Notes: a model not told the origin generated them from the sequence alone. Positions 8,143 to 18,031 are shown, counted from the stretch's first letter. The stretch: DNA of 24,061 nucleotides from Bryobacteraceae bacterium (GCA_035714225.1 DASTMK010000175.1:1-24061), one strand, 5' to 3'. A program made the numbers and translations.

Positions 8143-10011
8143 ATGACACTGGCCACCCGTTTCACTTACATACTGCTGCTGCTTGTCCCGGCCGCGTTCG
8201 CTCAAGCGCCGGAAGGTTCCTATTCGGTCGAGAAGAACGTAATGGTGGCTATGCGCGATGGGGTGCGCCTGGCAACCGATCTCTACTTTCCGGCGCGCGG
8301 CGGCGTGCGACTGGAAGGCAAGTTTCCTGCCGTCCTCGAACGCATCCCCTACAACAAGGATGGGGCCGGAAAAGGTTGGGCACCCTGGTTCGCGGCGCGC
8401 GGCTATGTGGCTGTGGTGCAGGACACGCGCGGCCGCTACGGCTCGGAAGGCGTCTGGCACATGATGACGGATGACGTGCCCGACGGCTTTGACACCGCCT
8501 CGTGGATCGTCAAGCAGCCGTGGAGCGATGGCGGCTTCGGCACGGTCGGCACCTCCTACGCCGGAGGCACTCAACACGCGCTGGCGCTATCGAACCCGCC
8601 CGGACTCAAAGCCATGGTGCCGGTGGATGCGGTCGCCAACGCGGGCTATTTCGGTATGCGCAATGGCGGCGCATTCGAGCTGCGCTTCATGAATTGGATC
8701 TTTACGATCGGCGCGCCGCGAGGCAGTCGCGCTTCGCGGGATCCCGGAACCCAGGCAGTGCTCGACGAAGCGGGAAAGAACGTTCGTCAATATCTGGACA
8801 ACCTGCCGCTGCGGAAAGGATTGACACCGCTGCGCCTGGCGCCCGAATACGAGGACTGGCTGGTGGAGGCGATGGCCCGCGGCGAAAACGATTCCTATTG
8901 GAAGCAGCCGGGCTTCAACGTAGTGGACCAGGTGCCCGCCTACAAAGACATCCCGGTTTACCTCATCGGCGGCTGGTACGACTCCTGGGCGCGCCAGACA
9001 ACGATGACGTACGAAGCACTTCACAAAGCCAAGCAAAGTTCGATAAAGATGATTCTCGGCCCCTGGATTCATGGGGCTCACAATAATCATGCGCACGGCC
9101 AGGTGGACTTCGGATCTGACGCCGCCATCAATGGGCTCGAATTTCGCGCGCGCTGGTTCGACCGCTGGCTGAAGAGCACTACAAACGGCGTGGAAAGCGA
9201 CGCTCCAGTGAAGATATTCGTCATGGGTGGCGGCACGGAAGCGAAGAACGCGAAAGGCGAGCACGAGCATGGTGGTGTCTGGCGGGATGAGAAGGAATGG
9301 CCGCTGGCCCGCACCCGTTTCACGCCGTATTACCTTCAGGCCGGCGGCGGACTTACGACGGCAAAGCCCACTGCGCGTAATGCTTCAGCGGCCTACGACT
9401 TCGACCCGCGGAATCCCGTGCCCACCATCGGCGGCAATATCTCGTCGGGCGTCGGCATCATGCTTCAGGGTGGCTGGGACCAGAAATGCGGCGAGCACGT
9501 CTGGAATTGCAAAGACACGCTGCCGCTTTCGGCGCGCCGCGACATCCTGGTATTCCAAACCCCTCCGCTGACGGAAGACGTGGAAGTGACCGGCCCCATC
9601 GATGTCAAGCTGTGGGCGTCCTCATCCGCGCCGGATACGGATTTCACCGCCAAGCTGATTGATGTGCATCCACCGTCGCCCGATTTTCCCGGCGGCATCG
9701 ACATGAATATCGAAGATGGCATTCTCCGCGCCCGTTTTCGCGATTCGCTCGAAAAGCAGGAACTGATGAAACCGGGCACCGTCTACGAGTTCACGATCAA
9801 GCTGTACCCCACATCGAACGTCTTCAAGGCCGGGCACCGCATCCGCCTCGATATTTCGAGCAGCAACTATCCGCGCTTCGACGTGAACCCCAACACCGGC
9901 GAACCCCTGAATCAGCACCGCCGGATGGTGACGGCAACCAATACGGTCTACTTTGACGCCGCGCGGCCGTCGCACGTGATTCTGCCGGTGATTCCGGCAT
10001 CCGCGCGTTAG
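8143..10011 (+). CDS. CocE/NonD-family alpha/beta hydrolase (peptidase S15, X-Pro dipeptidyl-peptidase-like), secreted
   Basis: A 622-aa ORF with signal peptide MTLATRFTYILLLLVPAAFAQA. It carries the nucleophile elbow GTSYAGG and the conserved DTRGRYGSEG, plus the C-terminal beta-sandwich region typical of CocE/NonD. Confidence 0.85.
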   Translation: MTLATRFTYILLLLVPAAFAQAPEGSYSVEKNVMVAMRDGVRLATDLYFPARGGVRLEGKFPAVLERIPYNKDGAGKGWAPWFAARGYVAVVQDTRGRYGSEGVWHMMTDDVPDGFDTASWIVKQPWSDGGFGTVGTSYAGGTQHALALSNPPGLKAMVPVDAVANAGYFGMRNGGAFELRFMNWIFTIGAPRGSRASRDPGTQAVLDEAGKNVRQYLDNLPLRKGLTPLRLAPEYEDWLVEAMARGENDSYWKQPGFNVVDQVPAYKDIPVYLIGGWYDSWARQTTMTYEALHKAKQSSIKMILGPWIHGAHNNHAHGQVDFGSDAAINGLEFRARWFDRWLKSTTNGVESDAPVKIFVMGGGTEAKNAKGEHEHGGVWRDEKEWPLARTRFTPYYLQAGGGLTTAKPTARNASAAYDFDPRNPVPTIGGNISSGVGIMLQGGWDQKCGEHVWNCKDTLPLSARRDILVFQTPPLTEDVEVTGPIDVKLWASSSAPDTDFTAKLIDVHPPSPDFPGGIDMNIEDGILRARFRDSLEKQELMKPGTVYEFTIKLYPTSNVFKAGHRIRLDISSSNYPRFDVNPNTGEPLNQHRRMVTATNTVYFDAARPSHVILPVIPASAR

Positions 10012-10024
10012 CATGCTAATTTAA

Positions 10025-11098
10025 ATGCTTATGAGGCGGATATTCGCACTTCTAGGTCTCTTTGCGCTTCCTGTCATGGCGCAGGAATACAAGATCGCCG
10101 TGGTGGGCCTGGTGCACTCGCACGTTTGGGGGCACCTGGGAAAGATGGTTTCCGGCCAGCCCGCAAAGCTGGTTGGAATTGCCGAGACCGTCCCCGAGCT
10201 CGTCGCCGAGGCGAAGAAACGGGGCGCAACAGACATTCCTTTTTTCGACGACTACAAGAAGATGCTGGACGACGCAAAGCCTGACATCGTGTGGGCGTTC
10301 GTCGAAAACAACCGCCACCTGGAGATCGTACAGGCGTGCGCGCCGCGCAAAATCAGCGTGATGTTTGAGAAGCCGCTCGCTTCCACCTACAAAGATGCGG
10401 TGGCAATTCAGCGGTTGGCGAAACAACACGGCATTCAGGTGATGACAAACTACCAGATGGCATGGTGGCCGTCCAACTACACCGCCCGGAAAGCCGCCGA
10501 AAGCGGCGCAGTGGGCCCGGTTTACAGGCTGCACGGCATTGTCGGACACGGCGGTCCCGGCGGTCCCACGGGCCTCAACAAGTACTTCTTTGCATGGCTG
10601 ACCGACCCGGTGAAAAACGGCGCCGGCGCGCTGATGGACTTTGGCTGCTACAACGCATTATGGAGCTTGTGGTACCTGGGGAAGCCCCAGACCGTCTATG
10701 CTACCGTGCAGCAACTGCGTCCACAGGAGTTTCCGAAAGTCGAGGACAACTCCACGATGATTCTTTCCTACAAGGACGCGGTAGGGATTTTCGAAGGCAG
10801 TTGGGATTTGCCGCGCAGTTTCCAGGACCTTGAAGTCTTCGGCCGTTCCGGGAGCTTGTATGTCACCGGCAAAGGCGTGGAGCACCGGAAAGGCCGCTCC
10901 GAACCGGCGCAACTGCCCGCCGTTGATCTCACTCCAGCGGAGTCTGAACCGATCGCGTTCATGATCGATGCGCTCCGGAACAAAAAGCCTATTGAAGGCC
11001 TCACCGCGCTCGACATCAACGTGGACGTCGTGGAGATCATTGAAGCCGCGAAGATGTCTGTTAAATCCGGAAAAGCAGTCGTGCTGCCGCTGAAGTGA
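10025..11098 (+). CDS. Gfo/Idh/MocA-family NAD(P)-dependent oxidoreductase, exported (Tat-like RRIF motif)
   Basis: A 357-aa ORF. It has an N-terminal Rossmann segment KIAVVGLVHSHVWGH and the family EKPLA motif. The leader MLMRRIFALLGLFALPVMAQ is a candidate Tat signal, as seen in periplasmic glucose-fructose oxidoreductase-type enzymes. Confidence 0.8.
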   Translation: MLMRRIFALLGLFALPVMAQEYKIAVVGLVHSHVWGHLGKMVSGQPAKLVGIAETVPELVAEAKKRGATDIPFFDDYKKMLDDAKPDIVWAFVENNRHLEIVQACAPRKISVMFEKPLASTYKDAVAIQRLAKQHGIQVMTNYQMAWWPSNYTARKAAESGAVGPVYRLHGIVGHGGPGGPTGLNKYFFAWLTDPVKNGAGALMDFGCYNALWSLWYLGKPQTVYATVQQLRPQEFPKVEDNSTMILSYKDAVGIFEGSWDLPRSFQDLEVFGRSGSLYVTGKGVEHRKGRSEPAQLPAVDLTPAESEPIAFMIDALRNKKPIEGLTALDINVDVVEIIEAAKMSVKSGKAVVLPLK

Positions 11099-11105
11099 TA
11101 TCTCC

Positions 11106-11801
11106 TTACCGGAGGTAAAAAAGACTCAACCGCGGCAACCCAGCCGATTCCAGCAGTTTCCGGTCCAGGTACTGCTTCTCCAGCATCGTGAGTTGCTCCG
11201 CCGTCATCTTGCTGCGATAAGGGCGAAGTTCGGATTCCAGTTCTTTCCGCGCCCGCAGCAGGTCGTCGTCGCTCTGTTGCGCCCTCGCGATGGCAATCAT
11301 CTTTTCTTCAAGCGCCGTCAAGCGCTGTTCCAGGGATTCGAGATCTTTGTAGTGCGAGTCTGCTTCTTCCAGAATCTTCTCCAGCGTCTTGGCGACAGCC
11401 TCATACGCGGGAGCGCCTCTCTTCCTGAGGTCGAGCACATTCATCGATAGAAAATCCTTCAGCTCCTCGATATCGAACGGAGCCTCAACCGGTTTCTTCG
11501 TTGCTGGAACCGCGCCCGCCATCACCTGCGCTTCGGTCAGAACGGCCTGCATACAGTAGGCGAGCGAATTCACCATCTGAATTCGTGACTTGCGGGACCG
11601 CCATTTTTCAAAGGCCGAGTCGATGCCGCGCAGCACGGCTTCGAGCGGAATCCCCGCGTTCTTCCACGCCTCGATGAGCGCCCAATCGAGCGGCGATAGC
11701 AGAAATAACCCGGTGCCGCGCGCTTTCTGGAAATGCTCTTCGACCTCGGTGAAATAGTTGAAGTAGTTGAGACCCCAGAAATCCTGCTCGTTGCCGCTCA
11801 C
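11106..11801 (-). CDS. Hypothetical protein with an N-terminal DnaD-like (DDBH2-like) motif and a C-terminal coiled-coil; translationally coupled to coaX
   Basis: A 231-aa ORF. Its ATG overlaps the coaX stop by 4 nt. Residues about 33-65, LSPLDWALIEAWKNAGIPLEAVLRGIDSAF, match the LSPxExExIxxWxxxGxxxExIxxAL pattern of DnaD/DnaB-C-terminal domains. The C-terminal 100 aa are charged heptad-like (LESLEQRLTALEEKM...). Confidence 0.6.
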   Translation of the reverse strand: MSGNEQDFWGLNYFNYFTEVEEHFQKARGTGLFLLSPLDWALIEAWKNAGIPLEAVLRGIDSAFEKWRSRKSRIQMVNSLAYCMQAVLTEAQVMAGAVPATKKPVEAPFDIEELKDFLSMNVLDLRKRGAPAYEAVAKTLEKILEEADSHYKDLESLEQRLTALEEKMIAIARAQQSDDDLLRARKELESELRPYRSKMTAEQLTMLEKQYLDRKLLESAGLPRLSLFYLR

Positions 11802-12568
11802 GGTTTGCGGTTCCGCTCCCAGAGGAGTTTCAAACCTTTGAGAGTCAGGTCTTCGTCCACATCCCTCAGCAGCCTGGAACCGCCGGAGATGAGACGCGCC
11901 TGGCCACCGGTCCCGATCACTTTTGTATCAGGCCCCAGAGCGCCGATGAGCCGCTGAAGAATACCGTCGATGGTTCCGATGGTTCCGTAATACAAGCCGG
12001 ATTGGATGCTCGCCACGGAATTGGTGCCGATCAGACGTGCCGGTTCACGCAGATCTACTTTCGGAAGCCTTGCGGTGCGGTGGAACAATGCGCCGATCGA
12101 AATACCAAGCCCGGGATAGATGAGGCCGCCGAGATACTCGGCTTTGTTCGAAATCGCATCGAAGGTAATCGCGGTGCCCAGATCGACTACGACGCACGGG
12201 CCGCCCAACCGGTCGTAAGCGGCCACCGCGTTGACGATGCGGTCCGCTCCCACCTCTTTCGGGTTGTCGTACATCACCTTCAACCCGGTATCGGTTTCCG
12301 GCGTGACGAACACCGGCCGGCGGTCGAAGTAGCGGCCCGCCATGTCCGCCAGAACAGAATCGACGGGCGGCACTACGCTGGAAATCACGATGCCGTCCAC
12401 TGCCTCCAGCTTCACCGCGGAATGAGCAAACAGGTTGCGCAGCAGAATGCCCCACTCGTCCGCGGTTTGCTCGTGGACAGTGCGCAGACGCCACCGCGCG
12501 GCCAGTCCATCATCCTGAAAAGCTCCAACGGTAACGTTCGTGTTCCCGACGTCCAATGCCAGCAGCAT
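11798..12568 (-). CDS. coaX: Type III pantothenate kinase
   Basis: A 256-aa ORF. MLLALDVGNTNVTVGAF is the N-terminal phosphate-1 motif of the ASKHA fold. It also has GADRIVNAVAA and GTGGQA, typical of CoaX. It lies directly after birA, the classic birA-coaX arrangement. Confidence 0.9.
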   Translation of the reverse strand: MLLALDVGNTNVTVGAFQDDGLAARWRLRTVHEQTADEWGILLRNLFAHSAVKLEAVDGIVISSVVPPVDSVLADMAGRYFDRRPVFVTPETDTGLKVMYDNPKEVGADRIVNAVAAYDRLGGPCVVVDLGTAITFDAISNKAEYLGGLIYPGLGISIGALFHRTARLPKVDLREPARLIGTNSVASIQSGLYYGTIGTIDGILQRLIGALGPDTKVIGTGGQARLISGGSRLLRDVDEDLTLKGLKLLWERNRKP

Positions 12569-13333
12569 TTATGCCCCCGGGGCGGGTCTGACGCCGCCAT
12601 TTAAAATCACACTTGTTCCGCCGCCATCTTTACGCAGTAGCAGGAAACCCGATGGGTCGAGCCCGTCGGTGATGCCCGTCTGTATCGAAGCGCCATCCTC
12701 CACGGTGACTTTCCTTCCACGAACGAAACTGGAAGCCCGGCTGAACGCTTCGAGTATCTCCCGCTTTGCTCCGCGCGCCAGCAACTGCGTTTCGGCATCG
12801 ATGGACTCGGCCAGGCTCACCAACAGAACCTCGCGGGAATGCTCGCGGCCGGAAGCTATTTCAAGCGAAGTGGCGATGGCCGCCAATTCAGCCGGAAACT
12901 TTGTCTGGTTGACGTTGACGCCAATGCCTGCAACCGCCCGGTGCTCATGAAGAGTGGTAAGAACACCGGCACATTTTTTTCCGCCGATCAGAACGTCGTT
13001 CGGCCAGCGCAAGTCGCAATCAAGCCCCGTGGAATCGTGGATAGCACGGGCCACAGCCACACCCAGAGCAAGCGTGAGAAGCGGAACCTCCGCGGGTTGC
13101 GAAGGAACGTCCAGCACGACGGAAAAATAGAGCCCGGCGTCCCGTTCCGATTGCCACTTTCTGCCGAAGCGGCCCTGGCCCGCCGTCTGTTCATCCGCGC
13201 CAACGATGGTGCCCGGCGTACAGCCGGCCGAGGCAAGCTGCGCCGCAGCGGGCATTGTGGATGCGATTCTGTCAAACCAGTGGATCTCCCGGCCGGGCAG
13301 CCGGGAACGAACCCATTCCAGGTCGAAAGGCAT
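12569..13333 (-). CDS. birA: Biotin--[acetyl-CoA-carboxylase] ligase (group I BirA, no N-terminal HTH)
   Basis: A 254-aa ORF. It has a BPL/LPL catalytic-domain pattern, including the GRxGRxW-type motif QGRFGRKWQS and the C-terminal SH3-like domain. Its start overlaps the nadC stop by 1 nt (TAATG). Confidence 0.8.
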   Translation of the reverse strand: MPFDLEWVRSRLPGREIHWFDRIASTMPAAAQLASAGCTPGTIVGADEQTAGQGRFGRKWQSERDAGLYFSVVLDVPSQPAEVPLLTLALGVAVARAIHDSTGLDCDLRWPNDVLIGGKKCAGVLTTLHEHRAVAGIGVNVNQTKFPAELAAIATSLEIASGREHSREVLLVSLAESIDAETQLLARGAKREILEAFSRASSFVRGRKVTVEDGASIQTGITDGLDPSGFLLLRKDGGGTSVILNGGVRPAPGA

Positions 13334-14169
13334 TAGATCAGTTCCAGCCTGAAGTTGATGTCCACGGCTGCAGCCGAATGTGTGATGGCGCCGGAGGAGA
13401 CGAAATCCGCGCCGGCTTCGGCGTAAGGACGAACGCTTTCAAGGTTGATGCCGCCGGATAGCTCAACCGCAGCCCTTCCGCCAATATGGCGGATTTCCTC
13501 CGCCGCCTGCTCCGGAGACATGTTGTCCAGCAGCAGGTGCTTTGCGCCGGCCGCCAGAGCCTCTTCAATCTCACCCCTTGTGCGGACTTCGATTTCAACC
13601 GGCAACCCGGAGCGGCTCGCGCGCTCCAGCGCCGGGGTGATTCCGCCCGCCGCCGCAATATGGTTGTTCTTGATGAGAATGGCATCGAACAGGCCCATGC
13701 GATGGTTGGTGACACCGGCGGCAGCCGCTGCCATTTTTTCCAACCACCTCAGGCCGGGCGTGGTCTTGCGCGTATCCAGGATCCGGCACTTCGTACCCGC
13801 CACCGCTTCCACATACCTTCGCCCGAGCGTGGCCACACCGCTGAGGCGTTGCAGGAAATTCAGAGAAACCCGCTCACATGCGAGCAGCGTTCGGGCATTT
13901 CCGGTCACGTTCGCGAGCACCTCTCCGTCGCGCGCGGAGTCCCCGCTTGCTTTCCTGAGCTCACATGCCTCGACGCCGCCGCGCATTTCATAAATCAGCG
14001 GCAGAAGCTCGATTCCAGCAACAATGATCTCGCCCCGCGCAATGAAGCGGCCGGATGCCCGCCGCTCCGCCGGCACGCACGCTTCCGAGGTGACATCCCC
14101 CGGGCCGATATCTTCCGCCAGCGCGCGGCGGACAGCTTCCACTACTTCCGGATGCGTTACATCGAACAT
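13333..14169 (-). CDS. nadC: Nicotinate-nucleotide pyrophosphorylase (carboxylating) (quinolinate phosphoribosyltransferase)
   Basis: The track calls the start at 14319, which would overlap valS by 146 nt. The internal ATG at 14169 (MFDVTHPEVVEAVRRALAEDIGPGDVTS) gives a 278-aa protein of typical NadC length, beginning 4 nt after the valS stop. The conserved region LLACERVSLNFLQRLSGVAT...DNMSPEQ is typical of the QPRTase family. Confidence 0.85.
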   Translation of the reverse strand: MFDVTHPEVVEAVRRALAEDIGPGDVTSEACVPAERRASGRFIARGEIIVAGIELLPLIYEMRGGVEACELRKASGDSARDGEVLANVTGNARTLLACERVSLNFLQRLSGVATLGRRYVEAVAGTKCRILDTRKTTPGLRWLEKMAAAAAGVTNHRMGLFDAILIKNNHIAAAGGITPALERASRSGLPVEIEVRTRGEIEEALAAGAKHLLLDNMSPEQAAEEIRHIGGRAAVELSGGINLESVRPYAEAGADFVSSGAITHSAAAVDINFRLELI

Positions 14170-14173
14170 TGTT

Positions 14174-16846
14174 CTATGCCGCCAGCCCGTCCAGGTCCGC
14201 GCGATTTTTCTCGAGTTGGTGCTCGTATTCGGCCAGCTTCTGCCGGATATTTTGCACCACCTTTTCCGGAGCACGGCTGAGGAATTCGTAGTCTTCGAGT
14301 TGCCGTCTGGAGTTGGCAATCAGCTTTTCGAGTTGCTCTATGTCTTTCACGAGGCGCTTACGCCGGGCTTCGGCTTGCGCCACCGGAACGCGCAGGCCGA
14401 CTGCGAACTCGGCGGACGAGCGCACGGCGCCCTCGCCCCTCGGCGCGTGCTCTTCAGAGACCGTAACTTTCACGTTCGCAAGCCTCTCGATCGCCTCTTT
14501 CTGGCTTCGCGCCACATCGAGAGCACTTGTCCTCGAATACACGGTTGCATCGAGCTGCTGCTTCGGGTCCAGTTTCAGGTCCGCTCGCAGGTTTCGCAGC
14601 GAGGTTACGATCTCCTGCAAAATCTCCATCTCCCGCTCCGCGGCATGATCGCTGATCGCGGCATCGTGCTCGGGGTAACGGGCAAGCGCAATGGAGGCGG
14701 GCTTCTCTTGCGCATTCGAAGCAAGCCGCTGCCACAGCTCCTCCGTCAGGAATGGCATCGCCGGATGCAGCAGCCGGAGAACGCTCTCGAACACCGTCAG
14801 GATATTGCGCCAATCGGCGGTCAACCCCGAGTTCTCCTGAAACCGAAGCTTCTTGATTTCGATGTACCAGTCGCAGAATTCGTGCCAGACAAAGTGCCAC
14901 AACGTCTGCGCCGCCTCGTGATAGCGATACTGTTCGAGCGCGCGATTCACCTGTTCGGCGCAACGGTTCAGGCGGCTGAAGATCCAGCGGTCCTCGAGCG
15001 GAACGGCCAGGTTGATCTCGGACCCTTCCGGGCGCGGGCTATCGGGCCCCGAGGGAATCCACGGCTCCACGCCGGATCGTTCCATGTTGAGGAAGATAAA
15101 TCGTGCGGCGTTCCAGATCTTGTTGGCAAACTGGCGCGCACTGATCATCCGGTCTTCCGTCATGACGATGTCGGTTCCCACCGCGGCTCCCATCAGGAGC
15201 GATATGCGAACCGCATCCGTTCCGTAACGGCCCGACACCTCGAGCGGATCGATGGTGTTGCCTCGCGTCTTGGACATCTTCTGCCGCTCGGCGTCGCGCA
15301 CGAGGCCGTGGATGTAAACCTGCCGGAACGGAATCTCGCCCGTGCACTCGATCCCCATCATGATCATGCGGGCCACCCAGAAAAACAGGATGTCGAAGCC
15401 GGTGATCAGCAGTGAAGTGGGATAGTATGCCGCCAGGTCCTCGGTCTGCTCCGGCCAGCCCAGTGTGCTGAACGGCCAAAGGCCGGAACTGAACCAGGTG
15501 TCCAACACGTCGGGATCCTGGTAGATGTCGTCCGATGCGCAGTGCGCGCACTTCTCCGGCGTATCCGCGGAGACCGTGATCCTGCCGCACGTACGGCAAT
15601 GCCAGGCCGGCACGCGATGCCCCCACCAAAGCTGGCGCGAGATGCACCAGTCGCGGATGTTGTACATCCATTCGAAGTAGGTCTTGCTCCAATTCTCCGG
15701 TATGAACTGGATGCGTCCCTCTTCGACGGCCCGAATGGCGGGCTCCGCCAGCGGTTTCATCGTCACGAACCATTGCGTTGAGATCAGCGGCTCCACCGCC
15801 GTTTTGCAACGCTGGCACTTTCCGACGGCAACGGTATACGGCTCGACTTTGTCGAGCAGCCCGAGCTTATCGAGATCTTCGACAACCCGCTTGCGCGCCT
15901 CCATGCGATCCAGGCCGGCGTACGGACCCGCATCGGCTGTCATTCGGGCCTGCTCGTCGATGACTTTGATCTTCGGAAGGTCGTGCCGTCTGCCGGCTTC
16001 AAAATCGTTCGGATCGTGGGCCGGTGTTACTTTTACGACCCCCGTGCCAAATTCGGGATCCGCCAGCGAGTCCAAAATGATCGGGATCTCCCGATCCATC
16101 AGCGGCAACTGAACGGTTTTGCCGTGCAGGTCGGTGTACCGCCCGTCCTTGGGGTTGATGGCAACGGCGGTATCTCCCAGCATCGTTTCCGGCCGTGTGG
16201 TGGCAACCACCAGGTAGCGGTCCGTGCCCTTGACCGGATAACGGATGTGCCAGAGATTGCCGGCGGTCTCTTCGTGGTTCACCTCGAGATCGGAAAGCGC
16301 GGTATGGCAGCGGGGACACCAGTTCACCATGTACTCGCCGCGATAAATCAGGCCCTTTTCGAATAGCCGGACAAAGACCAGGCGCACGGCTCGCGAGAGC
16401 CCCTCATCGAGGGTGAAGCGCTCACGGCTCCAATCGCAGCTCGCGCCAAGCTGGATCATCTGCTGCCGGATCGTGCCGCCGTACTCCTGCTTCCACTCCC
16501 AGACTCGTTTCTCGAACTTCTCACGCCCGAGATCGTGACGGGTGAGCCCCTCTTCGGCCAGGCGGCGCTCCACAACCATTTGAGTCGCGATACCAGCGTG
16601 GTCCGTTCCCGGCAGCCAGAGTGTGTTGTAGCCGAGCATACGGCGCCAGCGCACCGTCATATCGATCTCCGAATGCTCCAGCATGTGGCCCGTATGAAGT
16701 GAACCGGTCACATTGGGAGGCGGGATGACGAGAGAGAATACCCGGCCCTGCGCTTTCGGGGAAGCGTGAAAAATGCCGCTTTCCTTCCACCACTGCGCCC
16801 ACCGCGGCTCAAAACGCTGCGGCTCATACACTTTTTCAATTTGCAT
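14174..16846 (-). CDS. valS: Valine--tRNA ligase
   Basis: An 890-aa ORF. It has class I HIGH motif [15 protein letters not shown] and KMSKS motif KMSKTRGN. The editing-domain insert and the C-terminal coiled-coil [17 protein letters not shown] are characteristic of ValRS. Confidence 0.95.
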   Translation of the reverse strand: MQIEKVYEPQRFEPRWAQWWKESGIFHASPKAQGRVFSLVIPPPNVTGSLHTGHMLEHSEIDMTVRWRRMLGYNTLWLPGTDHAGIATQMVVERRLAEEGLTRHDLGREKFEKRVWEWKQEYGGTIRQQMIQLGASCDWSRERFTLDEGLSRAVRLVFVRLFEKGLIYRGEYMVNWCPRCHTALSDLEVNHEETAGNLWHIRYPVKGTDRYLVVATTRPETMLGDTAVAINPKDGRYTDLHGKTVQLPLMDREIPIILDSLADPEFGTGVVKVTPAHDPNDFEAGRRHDLPKIKVIDEQARMTADAGPYAGLDRMEARKRVVEDLDKLGLLDKVEPYTVAVGKCQRCKTAVEPLISTQWFVTMKPLAEPAIRAVEEGRIQFIPENWSKTYFEWMYNIRDWCISRQLWWGHRVPAWHCRTCGRITVSADTPEKCAHCASDDIYQDPDVLDTWFSSGLWPFSTLGWPEQTEDLAAYYPTSLLITGFDILFFWVARMIMMGIECTGEIPFRQVYIHGLVRDAERQKMSKTRGNTIDPLEVSGRYGTDAVRISLLMGAAVGTDIVMTEDRMISARQFANKIWNAARFIFLNMERSGVEPWIPSGPDSPRPEGSEINLAVPLEDRWIFSRLNRCAEQVNRALEQYRYHEAAQTLWHFVWHEFCDWYIEIKKLRFQENSGLTADWRNILTVFESVLRLLHPAMPFLTEELWQRLASNAQEKPASIALARYPEHDAAISDHAAEREMEILQEIVTSLRNLRADLKLDPKQQLDATVYSRTSALDVARSQKEAIERLANVKVTVSEEHAPRGEGAVRSSAEFAVGLRVPVAQAEARRKRLVKDIEQLEKLIANSRRQLEDYEFLSRAPEKVVQNIRQKLAEYEHQLEKNRADLDGLAA

Positions 16847-16869
16847 CGGGAATTTTCATAATAACATGC

Positions 16870-16920
16870 AGCCTTTTAGCAGCCCCTCGCGCGGGAGTGC
16901 TACAATGCGCGTCTCAGGAG
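16870..16920 (+). promoter_or_regulatory. Putative sigma70-type promoter with an extended -10 (TGcTACAAT) and a strong Shine-Dalgarno AGGAGG for the downstream dehydrogenase; divergent from valS
   Basis: TACAAT lies at 16901-16906, preceded by TGn. A TTAGCA -35 candidate lies about 19 nt upstream. AGGAGG at 16914-16919 sits 7 nt before the ATG at 16927. This is a pattern match only. Confidence 0.3.
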
Positions 16921-16926
16921 GGGCTC

Positions 16927-17931
16927 ATGCGTTTGCATTTCGTTCTCTGTCTCATTGGGTTGGCCACAGCTACAGTCGCCACGCCGCAGCAAAAGAAAAT
17001 CGTCGCTGTGGGCTTGTCGCCTGCTGCCATTGAGGAACTGAATACGGTCACGCCCGGCGTCCGGGTAGTGAGAGTGGAATCGGACCGTCTTCCCGGCGAA
17101 GTCGCGGACGCGGATGCGCTCTTTGGCACTGTCAATCCGCGCCTCATTCAGGCGGGCAAAAAACTCAAATGGGTGCAGACGTACAGCGCCGGCGTCGAGT
17201 CCTATATTTCACCAGAGTTGCAGAACAGCGGTATTGTCCTGACGAACGCCAAGATCATTCAGGGGCCGGAGATCGCCGACCACGCCATGGCGCTGCTGCT
17301 GGCCCTAACCCGGGATCTCTACCTGACGATTCCGAAAAGGACCTCCCAGGAGTGGCCCCGCGGGGAATACCGCCCGGTGGAACTCAACGGCAAGACGGCG
17401 GTTGTCATCGGAGTCGGCGGCATCGGCATGCAAATCGCACAGCGCGCCAGCGCATTCGGCATGGAGGTGATTGGCGTAGATCCGAAAGGCATCTCCTATA
17501 CGACCTTCCTCAAAGAAGTAGTCCCTCCGGACAGGTTGGACACAGTGCTTCCGAAAGCCGATGTCGTCTTCGTCAGCGCTCCGTTGACCGCAAAAAGCGA
17601 AGGCATGATGGGCTCGAAACAATTTGAGCTGATGAAGAAGGGATCGTACTTCATCGCGGTATCGCGCGGCAGGCTGTATGATTCGGCGGCGCTCGTCAAA
17701 GCTTTGGACAGCCGGCAGTTGGCCGGAGCAGGGCTCGACGTCACGAACCCGGAACCGCTACCCAAAGGCCACCCGCTCTGGAATTTCGAAAATGTGCTGA
17801 TTACACCGCACATCGCCGGACAATCCGACCGGATCGGGGAGCGCCGGATGGAGCTGCTCAAGGAGAACATCCGCCGCTTCGCTAAAGGCGAAACGCTGAT
17901 CAACATCGTCGATAAGGCGGAGGGGTACTAA
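16927..17931 (+). CDS. D-isomer-specific 2-hydroxyacid dehydrogenase family protein (NAD-binding) carrying an N-terminal signal-peptide-like or anchor segment
   Basis: The track calls GTG at 16897. The ATG at 16927 has a strong SD, AGGAGG. The protein has Rossmann GxGxxG (VIGVGGIGMQIAQRA), a conserved Arg (RGR) and catalytic HIAGQS, typical of the D-2-HADH family. Its first 22 aa, MRLHFVLCLIGLATATVATPQQ, are hydrophobic and signal-peptide-like. Confidence 0.8.
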   Translation: MRLHFVLCLIGLATATVATPQQKKIVAVGLSPAAIEELNTVTPGVRVVRVESDRLPGEVADADALFGTVNPRLIQAGKKLKWVQTYSAGVESYISPELQNSGIVLTNAKIIQGPEIADHAMALLLALTRDLYLTIPKRTSQEWPRGEYRPVELNGKTAVVIGVGGIGMQIAQRASAFGMEVIGVDPKGISYTTFLKEVVPPDRLDTVLPKADVVFVSAPLTAKSEGMMGSKQFELMKKGSYFIAVSRGRLYDSAALVKALDSRQLAGAGLDVTNPEPLPKGHPLWNFENVLITPHIAGQSDRIGERRMELLKENIRRFAKGETLINIVDKAEGY

Positions 17932-18031
17932 TCCGAAGTGGCGTGTCGATTTCGGAGTACTCCGGGTCTCACAACTATCGAGGCTCCAGTCACTATTCTC
18001 GAGAAGCTAAGCTGGAGTGTCTGTCAACGCC

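Noticed and set aside
11101-11120. Hairpin CTCCttaccGGAG followed by an A-run between convergent genes
   Set aside because: It lies within the coding sequence and stop codon of the 11106-11801 gene. There is no U-tract in either orientation after the stem, and the stem is only 4 bp. It is not a credible terminator.
12002-12604. 200-aa plus-strand ORF and 149-aa minus-strand out-of-frame ORF
   Set aside because: They overlap coaX and the birA end. CoaX motifs define the real frame.
14170-14319. 5' extension (50 aa) of nadC
   Set aside because: It overlaps the valS 3' end. The internal ATG at 14169 gives a normal-length NadC starting 4 nt after the valS stop.
14024-15415. 463-aa plus-strand ORF
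   Set aside because: It is entirely antisense to the valS gene, whose HIGH/KMSKS motifs identify the true frame. The product is Arg/Pro/His-rich, typical of reverse-frame ORFs in high-GC DNA.
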